Source: a virus. Taken from it: a DNA stretch of 64,000 bases. A program made the position numbers and the translations under genes. Shown one piece after another: positions 40,146 to 51,637 of the stretch. The stretch lies in IMG/VR virus record IMGVR_UViG_3300030102_006951, positions 94,421-158,420 of that record; one strand, 5' to 3'. Under the pieces are notes generated by a model. It did no database searches, was not told the DNA's origin, and saw only the letters and a program-made list of their open reading frames with translations. Within the stretch, counting starts at the first letter, position 1. Each line of letters begins with the position of its first letter.

Positions 40146-41997
40146 AATCTTCTATTATTTCATTTAACATCTGGTCTATAACTTCTTCTTCATTGAAGTC
40201 TACTTGACCCATTATAGTGTTTATTATATTTTGTTTTCTTTTTAGCGTGCCCCATATTCTTATTGATATAGTATCTTCAAATAATTGGTAGTATACAGTT
40301 ACATTATTTTTTTGACCTATCCTATAACTTCTATCCTCCGCTTGTTCATTATTACCTGGAACCCAGTCAAATGAATTAAAAATAACATGAGTGGCTTCGG
40401 TTAATGTAATACCAACCCCAGCTGATATTATATTACCAATAAATACTGTAGTTTTACTAGACTGTTGAAATTTATCAATTGACTTTTGTTTTTCTTTATC
40501 GCTCATTGAGCCATGGTGTATTACACATTTATTACCAAAGTAATTTTCCAACTCCATTAATTCGTCTGTAAATGTACAAAATATAATTACCTTGTGACCT
40601 TGTTCTAATACCTCCTCAGCTTGCTCTATAGTTTTTGGTATTGCTTCCATAGCCACATATTTTCTAAGTAACCCTAATTCTACCAAATCCCTTTCGGGTT
40701 CACCTCTTTTTTTCTTAGCTCTTCTTTCTTCTAAATATTCTTCCCATAAATTATCATAATTTGACCATTGTTTTTTATTAAATTTATGATATAACGGAAC
40801 TATATTTTTTTCTGGCATATCACCTATCTCGGTTTTAAGTCTTCTTAGGTATATGTGTTTTGTTTTCATGGCTAATTCTTCTAAATTGGTTGCTCCGTTA
40901 GTTAACCAAATTCTTTTTTGTCTACCGTTTTTAAGTGTGGTAGTTATTTGTCTACCTTCACAATATCTTAGGACAAAGTGTTTCCAATTATCAGCTATTG
41001 GTGATTTTATTAGTTTTAATAAATTATAGTAATCCATAGGTCTATTAGCTACTGGGGTTCCACTTAATAACCATACTTTTTTATCACCATAATTAGTACA
41101 TATATCTTTCATTATAGCACCCCTATTACTGTTCGGGTTTTTTAATTTATGTGCTTCGTCAATTATTATTAAGTCAAACTTTGCTTTAACTAATTCTTGA
41201 CTGTCCCAACAAATATCTTCTTCTCTAATGTTTTTTCCAGGTATTTCATGAAAGTTTTTAAGTATGTCGTAATTTATTATAGTAAATTTAGCATCTTTCC
41301 ACCTCTTACCATCAATTATTGCGGTATCATTTTCTTTAAAATATTGTATCTCTCTCTCCCAGTTAATTTTAACCGAAGATGGACACACTATTAATATTTT
41401 TTTTGCGTTACATTCTATTGCCGATATAACGCTCATCATTGTTTTACCTAAGCCCATGTCATCTGCTAACAAACATCCGTCATTTGTTAGTAGGAATTTA
41501 ATACCTTTCTTTTGGTGTTCGTATGGGGTTCTACCTATGGTTCCGTCACTTAGCGTGAATTGGTCTAATTTTTTATATTTATCAAAATCAACTTCAATAT
41601 CAATTTCTTTATGAAATGGGTCGTCAAGAACTTGTGTTTTTGGTACAAAATACATTTCAGATTTATCTTGATTTCTCTTTAATTTACCATATATATGATA
41701 TGTTTTTTCACTCTCGGCCAAGACATATTCAAATAATATTTTTTCTGGTGTAAATGATAGGTTGTAGTTTTTTTTGAGTTCTTCACCTAAATATGAAGTT
41801 ATTGGTATAATTTTATTTACGTGGATGGGTTCTTTATCATGATTGTTAACTATATACTTTGTTTGATTGGCGGTTAGTTTTAACTTACCAGACTTACCAA
41901 GTTTTAGTTTCAATTTCTTTAAATACGGGTTCTTCCCGTTGTAATTTTCAAGAATAGTAATAGCCGAACGTCCTTTTATGTCATCCAAATTAATCAA
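40138..41997 (-). CDS. SNF2-family helicase
   Basis: LADDMGLGKT, DEAH, LSGTP, GVGITL, QAEDRSYRIGQ. Confidence 0.92.
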   Translation of the reverse strand: MINLDDIKGRSAITILENYNGKNPYLKKLKLKLGKSGKLKLTANQTKYIVNNHDKEPIHVNKIIPITSYLGEELKKNYNLSFTPEKILFEYVLAESEKTYHIYGKLKRNQDKSEMYFVPKTQVLDDPFHKEIDIEVDFDKYKKLDQFTLSDGTIGRTPYEHQKKGIKFLLTNDGCLLADDMGLGKTMMSVISAIECNAKKILIVCPSSVKINWEREIQYFKENDTAIIDGKRWKDAKFTIINYDILKNFHEIPGKNIREEDICWDSQELVKAKFDLIIIDEAHKLKNPNSNRGAIMKDICTNYGDKKVWLLSGTPVANRPMDYYNLLKLIKSPIADNWKHFVLRYCEGRQITTTLKNGRQKRIWLTNGATNLEELAMKTKHIYLRRLKTEIGDMPEKNIVPLYHKFNKKQWSNYDNLWEEYLEERRAKKKRGEPERDLVELGLLRKYVAMEAIPKTIEQAEEVLEQGHKVIIFCTFTDELMELENYFGNKCVIHHGSMSDKEKQKSIDKFQQSSKTTVFIGNIISAGVGITLTEATHVIFNSFDWVPGNNEQAEDRSYRIGQKNNVTVYYQLFEDTISIRIWGTLKRKQNIINTIMGQVDFNEEEVIDQMLNEIIEDYE

Positions 41998-42134
41998 TGT
42001 TAATAATATTTAACAATATTGTTATAAGTTAAATATAAGTATTTTTTTATAAAAAATCAATACTTTACTGATTATTCTTTGTTTCTAAATATTTATCTAA
42101 AAAGATATTACAACGCCAATAAAATTAATTAACT

Positions 42135-42656
42135 ATGCCAAAGAAAAATGTACCTATCAATAGAGTTAACAAATTTTTTTCAGAAGAAGATTTCAACCTA
42201 GAAGTTTCTTTTGGTAGAGAGGCTGTTGAGGGGGATGGTAATTTTGTTGTTGTTTTATACAGAGTTGACAGAGAAAGAACGGAATCCGATGACTTATATG
42301 GTGAAGCCGTTAAAGATGGTATTAAGTTTTTTCCACCAGTAGAGCTTCGTGTGGTACCCATTATGAATGAACCCGATAACAAAGCTTACAATAGTGGTGC
42401 TGGTTCAGTTAGGTATTTACAAGATGGACAACTCACTTTTGGTATTTATGATGCTCAACTAGAAGAGCTGGGTGTTGAACTTAGTTATGGTGATTATATA
42501 GGGTATCAAGTTAGTGAAACTGATGTAAGATATTTTTCAGTTACTAATGATGGGGTTAAAAATTATGATAATAAACACACGATTATGGGTTATAAAGGTG
42601 CTTTTAGAACTATCCTTTGTGCTAGTGTTGAAGAAGATGAATTTAGAGGATTATAA
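42135..42656 (+). CDS. head-closure / neck protein (gp14-like)
   Basis: DDLYGEA..KFFPPVEL, GDYIGY; position next to the tail-completion gene. Confidence 0.6.
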   Translation: MPKKNVPINRVNKFFSEEDFNLEVSFGREAVEGDGNFVVVLYRVDRERTESDDLYGEAVKDGIKFFPPVELRVVPIMNEPDNKAYNSGAGSVRYLQDGQLTFGIYDAQLEELGVELSYGDYIGYQVSETDVRYFSVTNDGVKNYDNKHTIMGYKGAFRTILCASVEEDEFRGL

Positions 42657-42667
42657 AATATAATATT

Positions 42668-43720
42668 ATGGGATTACCTAAGGGATTTAGAAAAAATTTA
42701 AACTTTATCGAAAAAAAAGTTGGGCCTGAAAGGAGACAAGAGCTTCTAGATGAAATAACTAAGAATGGTACTTTTTTACCTAGGGGTGTTATGTATGAGG
42801 ACATGGATAAAGCGTTCATTAAGTTTGTCGAAGATGAATTAAATTTAGTTCTAGGCGGTGATAAAGTACCTGTTTTATTCTTAACTCTACAGAGGTGGTC
42901 TGAGTTTTCTAAAACTTGGCAACATTCTGATAAATATAAAAATATTAAAATGCCTTTCATAACTATCGTTAGGCAACCAAACCCACAGGTAGGTAAGAAC
43001 CAGGCTGGTTTGTATAATATACCTGGTAGGAATACCTATACTTATATGAAAGTACCTACATTTGAAGGTGGTAGAAGAGGGATTGATGTTTATAAGATAC
43101 CTCAACCAACTTCTGTTGATATTAATTATGAAGTTAGGTTATTCTGTAATAGGATGAGGGATTTAAATAAATTTAATGTATCTATTCAAAGGGCTTTCAA
43201 TGCTATACAGCACTATATTAGGGTAAATGAACATCCAATGCCTTTATTGTTAGAAAATATTGGTGATGAGTCAAATATAGATGACTTTGAAAATAAAAGA
43301 TTTTATGTTCAACCATTCGATATTAGATTACAAGGTTATGTTTTAGATGAAAATGATTTTAAAGTCATACCAGCGATTAACAGAGCTTTAGCTATGATGG
43401 AAATTGAGGATAAGAAAGCTAAACCCAAATTAATGGTTAATAACAGTGCTATAGACGGTTCTGTTACTTATAATGTGATATTTAAACCTAACTCTGAGAC
43501 TGATTTCACATTTAGTTCTGATTTTGATATTAAATTTACACAAATACTTAATATAGAGAGCGTTGATAACATAATTATAAAGGTTAATGGCGTTGAGAAG
43601 TTCAACGGTATAGATTTTGTCGACCCAGTAGTTGTTAATACTGGTGATGAAATATTTATAGAAATAAATAAAAATTTATTAGCAACGGGTAAATTTACCC
43701 TAATAGGAAATATATTATAA
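42668..43720 (+). CDS. tail terminator / sheath stabiliser (gp15-like)
   Basis: KVPV..QRW...MPFITIVR, PTSVDINYEVRLFC. Confidence 0.6.
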   Translation: MGLPKGFRKNLNFIEKKVGPERRQELLDEITKNGTFLPRGVMYEDMDKAFIKFVEDELNLVLGGDKVPVLFLTLQRWSEFSKTWQHSDKYKNIKMPFITIVRQPNPQVGKNQAGLYNIPGRNTYTYMKVPTFEGGRRGIDVYKIPQPTSVDINYEVRLFCNRMRDLNKFNVSIQRAFNAIQHYIRVNEHPMPLLLENIGDESNIDDFENKRFYVQPFDIRLQGYVLDENDFKVIPAINRALAMMEIEDKKAKPKLMVNNSAIDGSVTYNVIFKPNSETDFTFSSDFDIKFTQILNIESVDNIIIKVNGVEKFNGIDFVDPVVVNTGDEIFIEINKNLLATGKFTLIGNIL

Positions 43721-43721
43721 T

Positions 43722-46700
43722 ATGGCTTGTAATTGTAGCACACCTAATGTAAATAAAACGTTCATTATAGAACAGGTTGACGAGACACCAGTTTTTAGTG
43801 CTTGTACGTCTATATTCACAGATATGGTAAAAAGTTGTAGTGGTGATGCTACTATGACAATGGGAACTGGTTTAGTTACCTTTAATAGTAACGTTGATGG
43901 GATTGATTCATTAACAGCAAACACTGTAGAGGCTACCACTTATTTATCTGGTGGAACCAATATTTTAAATATTGTAAATGGTAATGATACATATATTACT
44001 AGTGCGGAATTAACTGGTACAACTTTAGACCTTAATAGAAATGATAGTGTAAAAGTATCTGTAGATTTAAACCCGATAGTAAGTGGTAAAACTGATTTAA
44101 CTTTATTTAGTGCTTACACTAGCACAACTGAAACTATATTGAATAATAAGATTGAAAATGGTCTTAATTTTGGTGGGGCTAATGAAGTTTTTAGTGCTAA
44201 GTCAGGAACAGATTTATATTTCAGAACAATTACTGGTGGTAGTAACACAAACGTAATTGTAGACGGTGACGTTATAAAGATTAATAGTAGTGGTTCTTCT
44301 TCAGATAAATTTGGTTCGATATACTTTGTTTCTTCGGACGGAGATGATTCTGTTGCAGAAAAAGGTAATATATTAAAGCCCTGGGCTAATATAGCTTCGG
44401 CTAGAGACCAAGCAATTTTAGATGCTGATACATCACCTTTAATATATGTTTATCCAGGTGTTTATGGTGGGTCTAATTTTCAATACAATGGTGCGTATTT
44501 TTTTACACCTGGTGTAACTCTAACTTCGGTTACACAATATCATGGAACTAGTGGTTTGGTTTCAATTAATCAAGGTTCTAAAACTTTTACAACTCCAGGT
44601 AACTTTGATTATCATTTTATTCCTGGAAAAAAAATATTAATAATAGATAGTAGTTCTGGTAATAATGGATTATATACGGTTGTTAGTGCTTCTAATAATG
44701 GGTCTAACACTGATGTTGTTGTACAGGAACCTATACCTAGTCCCACGGTTAGTGGTAGGTTAACAGATGTCCAACCTATTTTTCAGTTTGGGGATTCTGG
44801 GGAGCCTTTACTTGATGGTGTTGTAACTAATAAATGTAGGGTTTATGGTGAATTAATTGCTGATATAGCTAAAACAATTGATGATGATTGGTCTGGAGGG
44901 TTTGTTAATTCTTATGAAAATGCTGATTCTTATATAGAGGTTCATAGTATTACTGTTGAGAAAGGTATAGGTCTATTTCAAGTAAGTAACTCTAAGTTAA
45001 CACTTAAGGGTGAATTTTTTGATATTACTGATGAGGGTTACGCTATGACTTTTAGAGATAGTTCTGAGTCCGTTTTGAATTTCCAAAAAATAAACATTAG
45101 TAGTAATGCAGCATATGGCGTATTTGTTAGGAATGGAGTTGTTTCTGGGTTTAACGGTAAGCTTTTGATTGAGGCTGAAGAAATAGTTCGTTCTGGTTCT
45201 GGGGACTTATTGGTGTTTAATTCTGTAATTGATGGTGCTAAGGTTTGGATAGAGTCTCCTAATATAAATCATTCTGGTTCTGGTAAAGCAATATTCAATG
45301 TTTTTGCTGGTTCTGGTGGTGAGATTAAAATAAATGGTAATATTTCAGCTACTAAAGCTATTGATTGTTTTGGTAATTCTGGCGGTATTTTAAAGATAAC
45401 TGGGGATTTAATAAGTAATGGGTCTACAACTAATTTTATTAATCACCCTAATGGTGGGTTATATGTGAATGGTGACATATATCAAGATAGTAATCTTAAT
45501 GATGTTACAAATATGGTTAACCAAACTGGTGGGGACTTAAGGTTAAATGGTAAAATAACTAATTTAACTTCTGGTGGTTGTGCGATAAATAAGAGTGGTG
45601 GTAATTTATATTTAGATTCTGTTACATTAGAGACTTTAAATAATTTTACTATAAATGCAACTAATTCTCAGGTTGTAAATATAAATAATTCTTTAAAAAT
45701 AAATAAAGAACTCAACCCTAACATTACAACTAATGGGTTATTTAACTTTACTGGTACAACAAATGTCAGTGATTTAGTAATAACTAATGAACCCGATAAT
45801 GATGATTCATTAACTCAAATTTTAGGTAGAAACTCATCCAATGGTAATATTGAATATAGAGATGTCGATAGTATTACAAGTTCTATTAATACGGCATTTA
45901 CAGCTCACACTGGTAATACTGACAATCCTCATAGTACATCATTTAGTAATTTAATCTCAACTGCCCATACACATACAATTAGTAATATAATTGATTTACA
46001 GTCTGAATTAAATAGTAAAACTGATAATATATCGTTTACAGCTCACACTGGTGACACAAGCAACCCACACAGCACGTCATTTAGTAATTTAATCTCAACT
46101 GCACATACACATACAATTAGTAACATAACTAACTTACAAACAGAATTAAATAATAAGGTTGATAATTTGGCCTTTACAACACACACTGGTGATACGGCAA
46201 TACATTACACTAAAAATAGTATTAACTTAAGTGAATTGGGTAATACGGCACATACACATAGTATTGTTGAAATAACTAATTTACAAACAGAATTAAATAG
46301 TAAAACTGACAATACATCCTTCACAACACACACTGGTGACACAACAATACATTACACTAAAGGTAGTATTAACTTAAGTGATTTAGGTAATACGGCACAT
46401 ACCCATAACATAAGTGAAATAACTAATTTACAGTCTGAATTAAATAATAAAACTAACAATACGGCATTTACAGCTCACACTGGTGACACAACAATACACT
46501 ATACTAAAAATAGTATTAACTTAAGTGATTTAGGTAATACAGCACATACGCATAACATAAGTGAAATAACTAATTTACAGTCTGAATTAAATAGTAAAAC
46601 TGATAATATATCGTTTACAGCTCACACTGGTAATACTGACAATCCTCATAGTACATCATTTAGTAATTTAACATCTACTGCACACACGCATAACATAAGT

Positions 46701-49358
46701 GAAATAACTAATTTACAGTCTGAATTAAATAATATTATAAGTAGTGGTTCTGCTAATTCGGTAACACAGGAACTAATATTCACAAATACAACTGGTGGTA
46801 CATTTAGTGTAACAAATGCCGCAGCATTATTTACTGATAATGATATTAATGTAACTGGTGGTGTATATAACACATCAACTGGATGTGTGACATTCAGCAC
46901 AAATAGCGGTAGTACGTTCGATGTATGTGGGTTTGTAACTGGTATTACTGATACATTTGTTACAGGTGGTACATTATCAGGGACTAATTTAGATTTAAGT
47001 AGAAGTAATGGTACTAATGCTAGTTCTATTGATTTATCTTCTTTAATAAGTGGTAAAGCAGATGATATAGCCTTTACAACACACACTGGTGATACAACAA
47101 TACACTATACCAAAAATAGTATTAACTTAAGTGAATTAGGTAATACGGCACATACACATAATATATCAGAAATTAATAATTTAAGTGTTAATCTGGATAA
47201 TAAGTTTGATAAGAGTGGTGGTACAATAAATGGTGACTTAACAGTAACTGGTGATACGGTAATCAATGGTAAATTAACTGTTGATAATCAAATATTTTTT
47301 AAGGGTTCGCCAATAACTTTTGGTAATTCAACGGCAGATTCAATAGACTTTACTGGTAGGATAAATGGGGATTTTATCCCTGTTTGGGATAACAATTCTA
47401 GTATTGGTAAACCAATTACATCAACTCCACAAAAATACTGGAAAAATCTTTATGTACATAATATTACTGGTGGAACCTTAAATTTATTTAGTGGTCTTAC
47501 TACTAACAATAGTGGTACTGAAATATTAGTTAGAAATAGTTCAACTGGTCAGATTGAAAAGAGGGATATAAGTTCTATTACTGGTTCCACTAACACGGTT
47601 TGGACCGTTGGTTCTGGGGGTACTTTTTCAATAAAAGCTGATAATAATTCAACTACTGAATCAACTGGTAATTATTCTGTTGCCAGTGGGTTTAACACAC
47701 TAGCAAGTGGAGTGGCTTCAAATGCTGAGGGTGCTAACACAAAGGCAATTGCCGATTACTCACATTCAGAAGGTTTATCTACGACTGCTAGTGGTAGTAA
47801 TTCTCATGCTGAAGGAAGTGGTACGTTTGCGATGGGTACTAACTCACATTCAGAAGGTGAGGGTAGTATGGCTTCTGGTGAGTCTTCACATGCTGAGGGT
47901 CTTGCAACAACTGCGAGTGGTAGTGCTTCTCATTCGGAAGGTGATGGAACAACTGCGAGTGGTAGTGCTTCTCATTCGGAAGGTCTTGGAACTACTTCTA
48001 GTGGTAATAATTCTCATGCTGGGGGAAAAAATTCAAAATCTGTTGGTGATACTTCTTTCATACATTCAGATGGGTCAATAGTTACTGGTAACAGGTCTGT
48101 AGTATTGGGTGGTCAAAATATTACTGGGGCAACGGACGATACGGTTTATGTACCTAAATTAAATATTAATAGTGTTGGCTCCACGACTCCAACGGAAAAT
48201 TTAGGTGTTGATGTTGATGGGAATGTGGTGTCTGTAGATTTAAATCCATTATTTACTGGTAAAACTGATAATATAGTTTTTACAGCACACACTGGTGACA
48301 CAACAATACACTATACTAAGGGTAGTATTAACTTAAGTGAATTAGGTAATACAGCACATACCCATAACATAAGTGAAATAATTGATTTACAAACAGAATT
48401 AAATAGTAAGTTTGATAAGAGTGGTGGTACAATAAATGGTCATTTAATAGTTGAACCTAGTGATAGTGGTTATACATCTGGAACTACTTTTTACCTAACT
48501 GAAGATTCGTTTAATTTAAGAGTGGCATCTCAAGAAGACACCTCGTATAGTAAAGTTAAAATTGGTCTTTTCAGTGGATATACTAATACGGCAGATACCT
48601 CTTTTACAACATTTTTTACTGCTAAAGAAAGTGGTTCTACAGCTGTTTTAGGTAGTGAAATCAATGGGAATACAATAATAAAGGGGACTAATAGTATTGA
48701 AATGACCACCAATGATTTTACACTGACTAGTGGTCTGGGCGGTGTGGTTAATATTGGGTATTATGGTCTTCCTTCTATGTTTCCATCTTCTACTATTAAT
48801 ATAGGTAATGATGCGAATAACACTGATTTAAATATTTTAGTTAACACTGTTAATATTACTGGAGATACAGTAATTGATGGTAATTTAAAGGTTACTGGTG
48901 ATACTGTATTAGAGAATAGTGTTACGGCAAAAACTATTAATATAACCTCACAGCCTACTCTTAATAATTCTGCTACAGATATATTAGTTAGAAACAGTGG
49001 TACAGGTGATATAGAATATAGACCAGTTAGTGGAATTACACCAGATACAAATACATTTATTACTGGTGGTACGTTCTCATCTGAAACATTGACTCTTGGT
49101 AGAAACGATGGTAATTCTGTTATTGTTACTGGATTTACTTCTGGTAGTGGGGAAATAAACACGGCATCTAATTTGGGTTCTGGTACTGGATTATTCTTTC
49201 AAAAGAGTGGTGTTGACTTAGAATTTAAATCTATAACATCTACTGGTGGTACGGTAACAATTACAAATGATTCAACGACTATAAATGTTGAGGCTGCTGG
49301 TGGAAACTCTGGAGTTAGTGACGCAAATAAAATATTTAGTTGGTTTATGACTGTTTAA
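43722..49358 (+). CDS. long tail fibre-like protein (1878 aa)
   Basis: Beta-helix-like region after YFVSSDGDD..PWANI, eight H-T-H repeats, ASGxxSHxEG YadA-like repeats, ASNLGSGTGLF..LEFKSI module. Confidence 0.8.
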   Translation: MACNCSTPNVNKTFIIEQVDETPVFSACTSIFTDMVKSCSGDATMTMGTGLVTFNSNVDGIDSLTANTVEATTYLSGGTNILNIVNGNDTYITSAELTGTTLDLNRNDSVKVSVDLNPIVSGKTDLTLFSAYTSTTETILNNKIENGLNFGGANEVFSAKSGTDLYFRTITGGSNTNVIVDGDVIKINSSGSSSDKFGSIYFVSSDGDDSVAEKGNILKPWANIASARDQAILDADTSPLIYVYPGVYGGSNFQYNGAYFFTPGVTLTSVTQYHGTSGLVSINQGSKTFTTPGNFDYHFIPGKKILIIDSSSGNNGLYTVVSASNNGSNTDVVVQEPIPSPTVSGRLTDVQPIFQFGDSGEPLLDGVVTNKCRVYGELIADIAKTIDDDWSGGFVNSYENADSYIEVHSITVEKGIGLFQVSNSKLTLKGEFFDITDEGYAMTFRDSSESVLNFQKINISSNAAYGVFVRNGVVSGFNGKLLIEAEEIVRSGSGDLLVFNSVIDGAKVWIESPNINHSGSGKAIFNVFAGSGGEIKINGNISATKAIDCFGNSGGILKITGDLISNGSTTNFINHPNGGLYVNGDIYQDSNLNDVTNMVNQTGGDLRLNGKITNLTSGGCAINKSGGNLYLDSVTLETLNNFTINATNSQVVNINNSLKINKELNPNITTNGLFNFTGTTNVSDLVITNEPDNDDSLTQILGRNSSNGNIEYRDVDSITSSINTAFTAHTGNTDNPHSTSFSNLISTAHTHTISNIIDLQSELNSKTDNISFTAHTGDTSNPHSTSFSNLISTAHTHTISNITNLQTELNNKVDNLAFTTHTGDTAIHYTKNSINLSELGNTAHTHSIVEITNLQTELNSKTDNTSFTTHTGDTTIHYTKGSINLSDLGNTAHTHNISEITNLQSELNNKTNNTAFTAHTGDTTIHYTKNSINLSDLGNTAHTHNISEITNLQSELNSKTDNISFTAHTGNTDNPHSTSFSNLTSTAHTHNISEITNLQSELNNIISSGSANSVTQELIFTNTTGGTFSVTNAAALFTDNDINVTGGVYNTSTGCVTFSTNSGSTFDVCGFVTGITDTFVTGGTLSGTNLDLSRSNGTNASSIDLSSLISGKADDIAFTTHTGDTTIHYTKNSINLSELGNTAHTHNISEINNLSVNLDNKFDKSGGTINGDLTVTGDTVINGKLTVDNQIFFKGSPITFGNSTADSIDFTGRINGDFIPVWDNNSSIGKPITSTPQKYWKNLYVHNITGGTLNLFSGLTTNNSGTEILVRNSSTGQIEKRDISSITGSTNTVWTVGSGGTFSIKADNNSTTESTGNYSVASGFNTLASGVASNAEGANTKAIADYSHSEGLSTTASGSNSHAEGSGTFAMGTNSHSEGEGSMASGESSHAEGLATTASGSASHSEGDGTTASGSASHSEGLGTTSSGNNSHAGGKNSKSVGDTSFIHSDGSIVTGNRSVVLGGQNITGATDDTVYVPKLNINSVGSTTPTENLGVDVDGNVVSVDLNPLFTGKTDNIVFTAHTGDTTIHYTKGSINLSELGNTAHTHNISEIIDLQTELNSKFDKSGGTINGHLIVEPSDSGYTSGTTFYLTEDSFNLRVASQEDTSYSKVKIGLFSGYTNTADTSFTTFFTAKESGSTAVLGSEINGNTIIKGTNSIEMTTNDFTLTSGLGGVVNIGYYGLPSMFPSSTINIGNDANNTDLNILVNTVNITGDTVIDGNLKVTGDTVLENSVTAKTINITSQPTLNNSATDILVRNSGTGDIEYRPVSGITPDTNTFITGGTFSSETLTLGRNDGNSVIVTGFTSGSGEINTASNLGSGTGLFFQKSGVDLEFKSITSTGGTVTITNDSTTINVEAAGGNSGVSDANKIFSWFMTV
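45890..46730 (+). repeat. tandem 138/147-bp repeats encoding His-rich (HTH) fibre units
   Basis: Six tandem units FT(A/T)HTG...TAHTHxIxxIxxLQxELN; two more at about 47070 and 48280. Confidence 0.9.
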
Positions 49359-49387
49359 AATAATTTAAATTAAAATAAAAGAAAATA

Positions 49388-50119
49388 ATGGGTATTAGAG
49401 GAAATAGTGGTTTTATTGGTTTGGATTTAAGGACTGGTTCATCTACTGGTGACACTAAGGGTATTGTTGGTAGAAAACAACATTTTTTAGAAAGAACTGA
49501 TGGGCGATATGACCCTCCAAAGATTATCACCACTGGTTCCACGCAAATTGGTAATGGTACTACTGACCAAGAGCATTGTCCAACATACGGATTTTATGAT
49601 TTTGGATGGTCTGGTATAATTTACACGTCTTCTGAGATGTCTGTAGATTTTACTGGACCTAAAACTATTACTGATTTGGTTTTTGATTACGGATACCTTA
49701 ATAGTAGTGGAAATGATGCATTTGATGACCTTAGGGTTTTCTGTGGTCACTATAATGCTGACACATTCCCAAGTTCTCCAGATGAGGATATAGAGGACTA
49801 TACTGGTATTACAGATTGGACTCAATGTACTAATAATGGCTATGTTTGGTCTCCAGAAACTGTTGGTTTTAATTACAGTGAAAGAATAACATTTGACACA
49901 CCATTTGAATATAATGGGACTGATAGACTTGTAATTAAAATAGAACAGAGGGAGGGTGAATACCAAGACCAACCAAGAATATTTTGGAACTCTTCCACTG
50001 GTACTGATTCTGTGGCGTATAATAGACAGGATGGTTCTTACCCGACTGGTTCTGGTATAAGGACAAATGTTAAACCTAACATAATAATACATTATAATAT
50101 GTCAGGTAATTTAGTTTAA
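49388..50119 (+). CDS. virion accessory / adhesin-like protein
   Basis: Short N-terminal segment plus a domain with IIYTSSEM, ITFDTPFEYNGTDRLVI and KPNI, reminiscent of Bacteroidota surface-protein domains. Confidence 0.55.
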   Translation: MGIRGNSGFIGLDLRTGSSTGDTKGIVGRKQHFLERTDGRYDPPKIITTGSTQIGNGTTDQEHCPTYGFYDFGWSGIIYTSSEMSVDFTGPKTITDLVFDYGYLNSSGNDAFDDLRVFCGHYNADTFPSSPDEDIEDYTGITDWTQCTNNGYVWSPETVGFNYSERITFDTPFEYNGTDRLVIKIEQREGEYQDQPRIFWNSSTGTDSVAYNRQDGSYPTGSGIRTNVKPNIIIHYNMSGNLV

Positions 50120-50146
50120 ATAAAAAATATTTATAAAATAAAAGTA

Positions 50147-50791
50147 ATGGGTTACATAAAAATAGGTAAAAATAAAGGGTATGATAAAACACTACCTAGA
50201 TATCAATTTAAGGAGATTTTAGATAGTGATTATGAAGACATATCTTCTATTAGAAATTGGTTTGACGCTCCAGTGTATGCTAATGTTGATTACATATATT
50301 CTAAAGATGGTGCCACTGGTTATATGGATAATAATGGTGGTTTTTCATCATTCTCAGAAAATGATAGGATTAAATTAGCAAAGAATTTTTGTGTTGATAA
50401 AGCAGATAGGGATACGGTTATAAGTGATGATGAACAAGAGTTATCTTGGGATATATTTGTTTATAATTCACATAATGCTAGAAATCGAAGGTGGAATATA
50501 GCTAGGTCTTTTATTTCATATAGGTTAACACCAAATGAATCTTCTGATTTAGGTGATTCAACTGACATGCTTACATCAAGATACTTAAGATATGGCATTG
50601 AGAGTGAGGTTGAGGATGGTAAGCCTGGTATTTATGATTGGATTAAGGATGAAAACCATTATAGTGGTGGTACTGGATTTTCTAGTAAGAGTTATTATTC
50701 TACAGATTTAAGAGACGGGATAATAGATAGACTTAATGGGAATGTCTTTGATTTACCAATATTACCAGAAATTGAAATAATAAAACCATAA
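50147..50791 (+). CDS. hypothetical protein (late operon)
   Basis: 214-aa ORF preceded by ATATTTAT at 50127. Confidence 0.7.
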   Translation: MGYIKIGKNKGYDKTLPRYQFKEILDSDYEDISSIRNWFDAPVYANVDYIYSKDGATGYMDNNGGFSSFSENDRIKLAKNFCVDKADRDTVISDDEQELSWDIFVYNSHNARNRRWNIARSFISYRLTPNESSDLGDSTDMLTSRYLRYGIESEVEDGKPGIYDWIKDENHYSGGTGFSSKSYYSTDLRDGIIDRLNGNVFDLPILPEIEIIKP

Positions 50792-50818
50792 AATAAAATA
50801 TTTATAAAATAAAATAAT

Positions 50819-51148
50819 ATGGAATATTTAAATACAGGTAGTCACTTAGGTACTGGTTCAACAACGGTACTTAGTGCATCAACTACAACAAAATATCTAG
50901 TTAAATCGGTTCATGCAACTAATGTTTTTAGTGGTGATACATCTTTTGCTTTATCTTGGGTTGATAATAGTGAGTCTCAAACTTATAAGTTAGCTTTTAA
51001 TGTTAGAATACCAGAGGGTTCTTCGTTTCAGGCTTTAGACAATACGTTTACTTTAGAAAACTTAGATAGTTTACAGGCAAATTGTGGTTCTGACAATGCA
51101 ATTGACTTATCTATATCTTACATGGAAATAAATAATAGTGAGGGTTAA
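50819..51148 (+). CDS. small beta-rich virion protein
   Basis: S/T-rich 109-aa ORF; ATATTTAT at 50798. Confidence 0.65.
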   Translation: MEYLNTGSHLGTGSTTVLSASTTTKYLVKSVHATNVFSGDTSFALSWVDNSESQTYKLAFNVRIPEGSSFQALDNTFTLENLDSLQANCGSDNAIDLSISYMEINNSEG

Positions 51149-51157
51149 TAGTACTAA

Positions 51158-51637
51158 ATGGCTATAAGAATTAAAACTGCTAAGTTAGATGACTTAAGTC
51201 ATCAATTCGGTGAAGGGGTTCCTAGTCATCTTTCACCAATAGGTTCTCAATTTGTTAACGAACTTAATGGTGATATATATTACAATAGGGATGGTGGTAG
51301 CTCTTGGGAGCTTAGTGTTGCACATATAACAAATATAAATTATAAACAAACTACAGACCAGCCAGATAGATACGGTAAAGGTGGTTCTGATGTTATGAAT
51401 GACCTAATGGGTGGATTTGTAAATAAAGAAGTGGCTGTTAGAGTAAGTAACTCAAATAATAAAAAGTTTTTATTGAATAATATACCCAAATTAAATAGTG
51501 AAGATGTTTATATAAATGGTGTTCTACAAGATAGAGAGCGTAAGCCAAACTATGTTTTAGATGGTAGAACTATAACTTTTAGGGTGCCAATTGGGGAAAG
51601 TAATACTGTTTTGGTTAGTTACATTGTTGATGAATAA
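51158..51637 (+). CDS. virion protein with VYINGVLQ-type beta domain
   Basis: SEDVYINGVLQ..NYVLDGRTITF..P....VLVSY, a common phage structural module. Confidence 0.6.
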   Translation: MAIRIKTAKLDDLSHQFGEGVPSHLSPIGSQFVNELNGDIYYNRDGGSSWELSVAHITNINYKQTTDQPDRYGKGGSDVMNDLMGGFVNKEVAVRVSNSNNKKFLLNNIPKLNSEDVYINGVLQDRERKPNYVLDGRTITFRVPIGESNTVLVSYIVDE

